Assembly: GCA_002501765.1 (NCBI GenBank)
Contig: DAOG01000139.1
Location: forward strand, 3,179 to 32,256
Source of the DNA: Methanosaeta sp. UBA204
GTDB lineage: Archaea > Halobacteriota > Methanosarcinia > Methanotrichales > Methanotrichaceae
Direction: 5' to 3'
Length of the DNA stretch: 29,078 nucleotides
Shown here: one piece after another, positions 27,601 through 29,078 of the stretch
How the letters are laid out: every line of letters begins with the position of its first letter
Position numbering within the stretch: position 1 is the stretch's first letter
Made by a program: the position numbers and the translations under genes
The notes under the pieces: model-generated
Told to the model about the DNA's origin: nothing
Database searches by the model: none
The model's input: only the letters and a program-made list of their open reading frames with translations

Positions 27601-29060
27601 CAAGAATCATACCAACCGATGCTGCATGGAACGTTGGCGTGAATGTGGCAGATCAGTTGCTTGCGGAGCATCTAAACAAAACCGGGGAATATCCGAGGAA
27701 GGTTGCATTCGTACTGTGGGCTTCGGAAACCATGCTGCATCAGGGCGTCACGGAAGCAGAGATAATGTATCTGCTTGGCGTAAAGCCTGTGTGGGATAAG
27801 AAGGACCGTGTAAGCGAGCTTGAGTTGATCAATTCGAGTGAACTTGGAAGACCTAGAATCGATGTCGTGGTTGTGACCTCAGGAACATACAGGGACATCT
27901 TTGAAAATAATATCCACTGGATTGACCGGGCTGTCAGGCTTGTTGCACAGGCAAACGATACAGAATATCCGAATTATGTCAAAGAAGATTCTGAGCTGAT
28001 CTATCAGGCATTGATAGATGCCGGTTACAATGAGTCGATGGCACAGTTGCTTTCAGCGGCAGGGATATTTTCTGAAGCGCCGGGTGCACACGCTACGGGT
28101 CTCGAATATGCAATCCCAGCCAGTCATACATGGGAGGATAGAAGCGAGCTTGCGGAACTCTACATTAACAGAGAGGGTAATGTATATGGAGAAAATATAT
28201 GGGGCATGCACTCACCTGATCTATTCAAACAGAATCTCAACGGAGTCGAAGTGGCTGTCTTCAGCCGCAGCTCGAACGTTTATGGCGTGTTAGACCATTC
28301 CGAGGTTGCTAATTACTTTGGCGGATTGAGTTTAGCGATCGAGAGCGTCTCAGGAAACGCCCCTGATATGTACATAAACAATCTGAGGGCGATAAACAAT
28401 CCGAGAGTTGAGACATTGAGTCACTTCTTGAACAGAGAACTTCGTGCAAGGTATTTCAATCCGAAATGGATCGAAGGGATGATGGAGCATGGATACGATG
28501 GAGCACGGTATATGGACCAGTTTGCTACGGATTTGTGGTCATGGGATGCCGTCAACCCAGACCTCATCACAGAAGATATGTGGAACCAAGTCTATGATGT
28601 CTATGTTCAGGATATATACAACCTCGGTATGCAGGAATTCTTCGACAAAAATAACCCATACGCGCTTCAAGGCATTACGGCAACGATGCTGGAATCGACG
28701 CGGAAGGGATACTGGACCCCACCTGATGAGATAAAAACAGCGCTTGCAAAGGAATACCAGCAGTCGGTCGAAAAATTCGGTCCCTGCTGCTGTGTGGTCT
28801 GCTGCGGAAACCCATTGCTTGATACGTATATGAAGGGTATGCTTCAGCCGGGCACAGAAGAGAAACCTCAGAGCAGTAGCCGCCACGCCGGTAGCAGACA
28901 TAAATATTCTGAGCCAGTGGTGACATCCTCCGAAAGGGCGACGAATCAGACAGAATCGTCATATTCAGGTGTCGGAGAGACTGTAGAGAATCCATCTCCA
29001 CCAAAACCAAAAACCGGTGAGACAGGAGAAACAAGCGAGACCGGTGAGAAGGTTGGGTAG
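24681..29060 (+). CDS. Secreted CobN/Mg-chelatase-H-like protein (divergent)
   Basis: 1459 aa with a signal peptide. EKKIAITYYS..GGK, PPHHQY, LPTGRN, WASET, RPRIDVVV.TSG.YRD, ELRARYFNPKWIEGMMEHGY.GA and NPYA motifs. Confidence 0.92.
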   Translation: MELYAIKRTRRSAPTTRSVALLFLVLLIVPLSAAAQPGGDRIIFVLGSDENWDSLNNASANATVEVEIYNASQARLKDFGDESVVFLASLDNETVESISGSMNSSAHIFAYNLSSNISIGNVDDANITSYWVYGGDENIENLIIYMDNRFYGNTTAVDPPKPPEDRVKIAFVAAYFYNIEEAGKDPYISRSINVTIHYISEDDPASFENLNLSDRKVIYLTHIGVPTQAGIKDTVEAAKTNGAYVIASNFADVHNLGNVNLSDPEYADIEEYWKYGEFPSDIGEENMKRLLTFLGVKFCNLSAEILPPLPLPIYGLYHPDAPKVFTETGEYMTWYKSTGRYNASNVTVGIQYIYVPPKGGITLMYDTLIRSLESNGVNVIYATYSYKDPNGSKYFIQDNKSIVDVVILSTSHSRMHYKNPEKAIEYLRNLNVTPMQLVTTYYTPPEVWENNTRGLSKKEGAWAIAIPELDGITEFIYVAGNAIDPISGSKYKKPIDYQIDWLADRAVSRAHLHRMNNSEKKIAITYYSEGGGKGSVGADIDYYLDATSSLAKMLDAMKERGYDVGTEPLPDKTELTEMMRNESNVGTWAQDILTERVENGSMILIPESKYLEWFESIPDDKQNETIERWGAPPGEIMVYENETGKHLVIPRIQFGNVLLLPHPTWGFAQNETVMYYEGAIPPHHQYLASYFWLNKEFGADALFTVFSQMTLMPGKAVTPSRYDWSGLLLQNMPHIKPYPIQAGDPRSSKAKTNAVVVDYMPTIVPSGLYWNLSNLQRTISLYETVEEGDVKEGYKSEIIGECINLSLDRDLEIDINTIINNATAFDNFVKRLDAYLNEIKAEYIPYGPHILSEPPTNESLVELVEAMLGDEFKEHVSVINASEGVTTELLTEVLLNGSIPVAAQDAVLEQRSDEITDDLNLSMEYANRIAGCKIEIPRILDAFEGKYIPPGPMDDPIRNPDALPTGRNPHAFDPRIIPTDAAWNVGVNVADQLLAEHLNKTGEYPRKVAFVLWASETMLHQGVTEAEIMYLLGVKPVWDKKDRVSELELINSSELGRPRIDVVVVTSGTYRDIFENNIHWIDRAVRLVAQANDTEYPNYVKEDSELIYQALIDAGYNESMAQLLSAAGIFSEAPGAHATGLEYAIPASHTWEDRSELAELYINREGNVYGENIWGMHSPDLFKQNLNGVEVAVFSRSSNVYGVLDHSEVANYFGGLSLAIESVSGNAPDMYINNLRAINNPRVETLSHFLNRELRARYFNPKWIEGMMEHGYDGARYMDQFATDLWSWDAVNPDLITEDMWNQVYDVYVQDIYNLGMQEFFDKNNPYALQGITATMLESTRKGYWTPPDEIKTALAKEYQQSVEKFGPCCCVVCCGNPLLDTYMKGMLQPGTEEKPQSSSRHAGSRHKYSEPVVTSSERATNQTESSYSGVGETVENPSPPKPKTGETGETSETGEKVG

Positions 29061-29078
29061 TGATCCACTTAACAGTAG

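Overview
GC-rich archaeal chromosome segment, most likely from a Methanothrix/Methanocrinis-like methanogen. This is inferred from mfnB, sepS, aRF1, eS1, TATA-type promoters and codon style. Most of the window is housekeeping: GntP-type permease, pdxS/pdxT, a 2TM K+ channel with RCK domains, an RlmJ-like methyltransferase, a hisA/F-related gene head-to-head with mfnB, serA, rps3ae with a cooC-like gene, mtnP, and an aRF1-UPF0201-TIM barrel-sepS-rpiA-mtnA run. Two predicted secreted repeat proteins are also present. Two parts look accessory. (1) About 6.65-9.05 kb is a mosaic containing a ~150-nt fold-back with GAA-triloop mini-hairpins and a MOBP nic-like motif, an IS256 fragment, two adjacent perfect inverted repeats (one MITE-like), a truncated TumE/DUF6516 gene, a 44-bp copy of part of the neighbouring K+ channel gene and an orphan solute-binding protein. 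(2) 24.45-29.08 kb is an AT-richer gene for a secreted CobN-like protein that has lost the family's conserved His motifs and appears to lack its C-terminal anchor. No tRNA, rRNA or CRISPR array was recognised. Family assignments come from motif recognition only; no database search was run.
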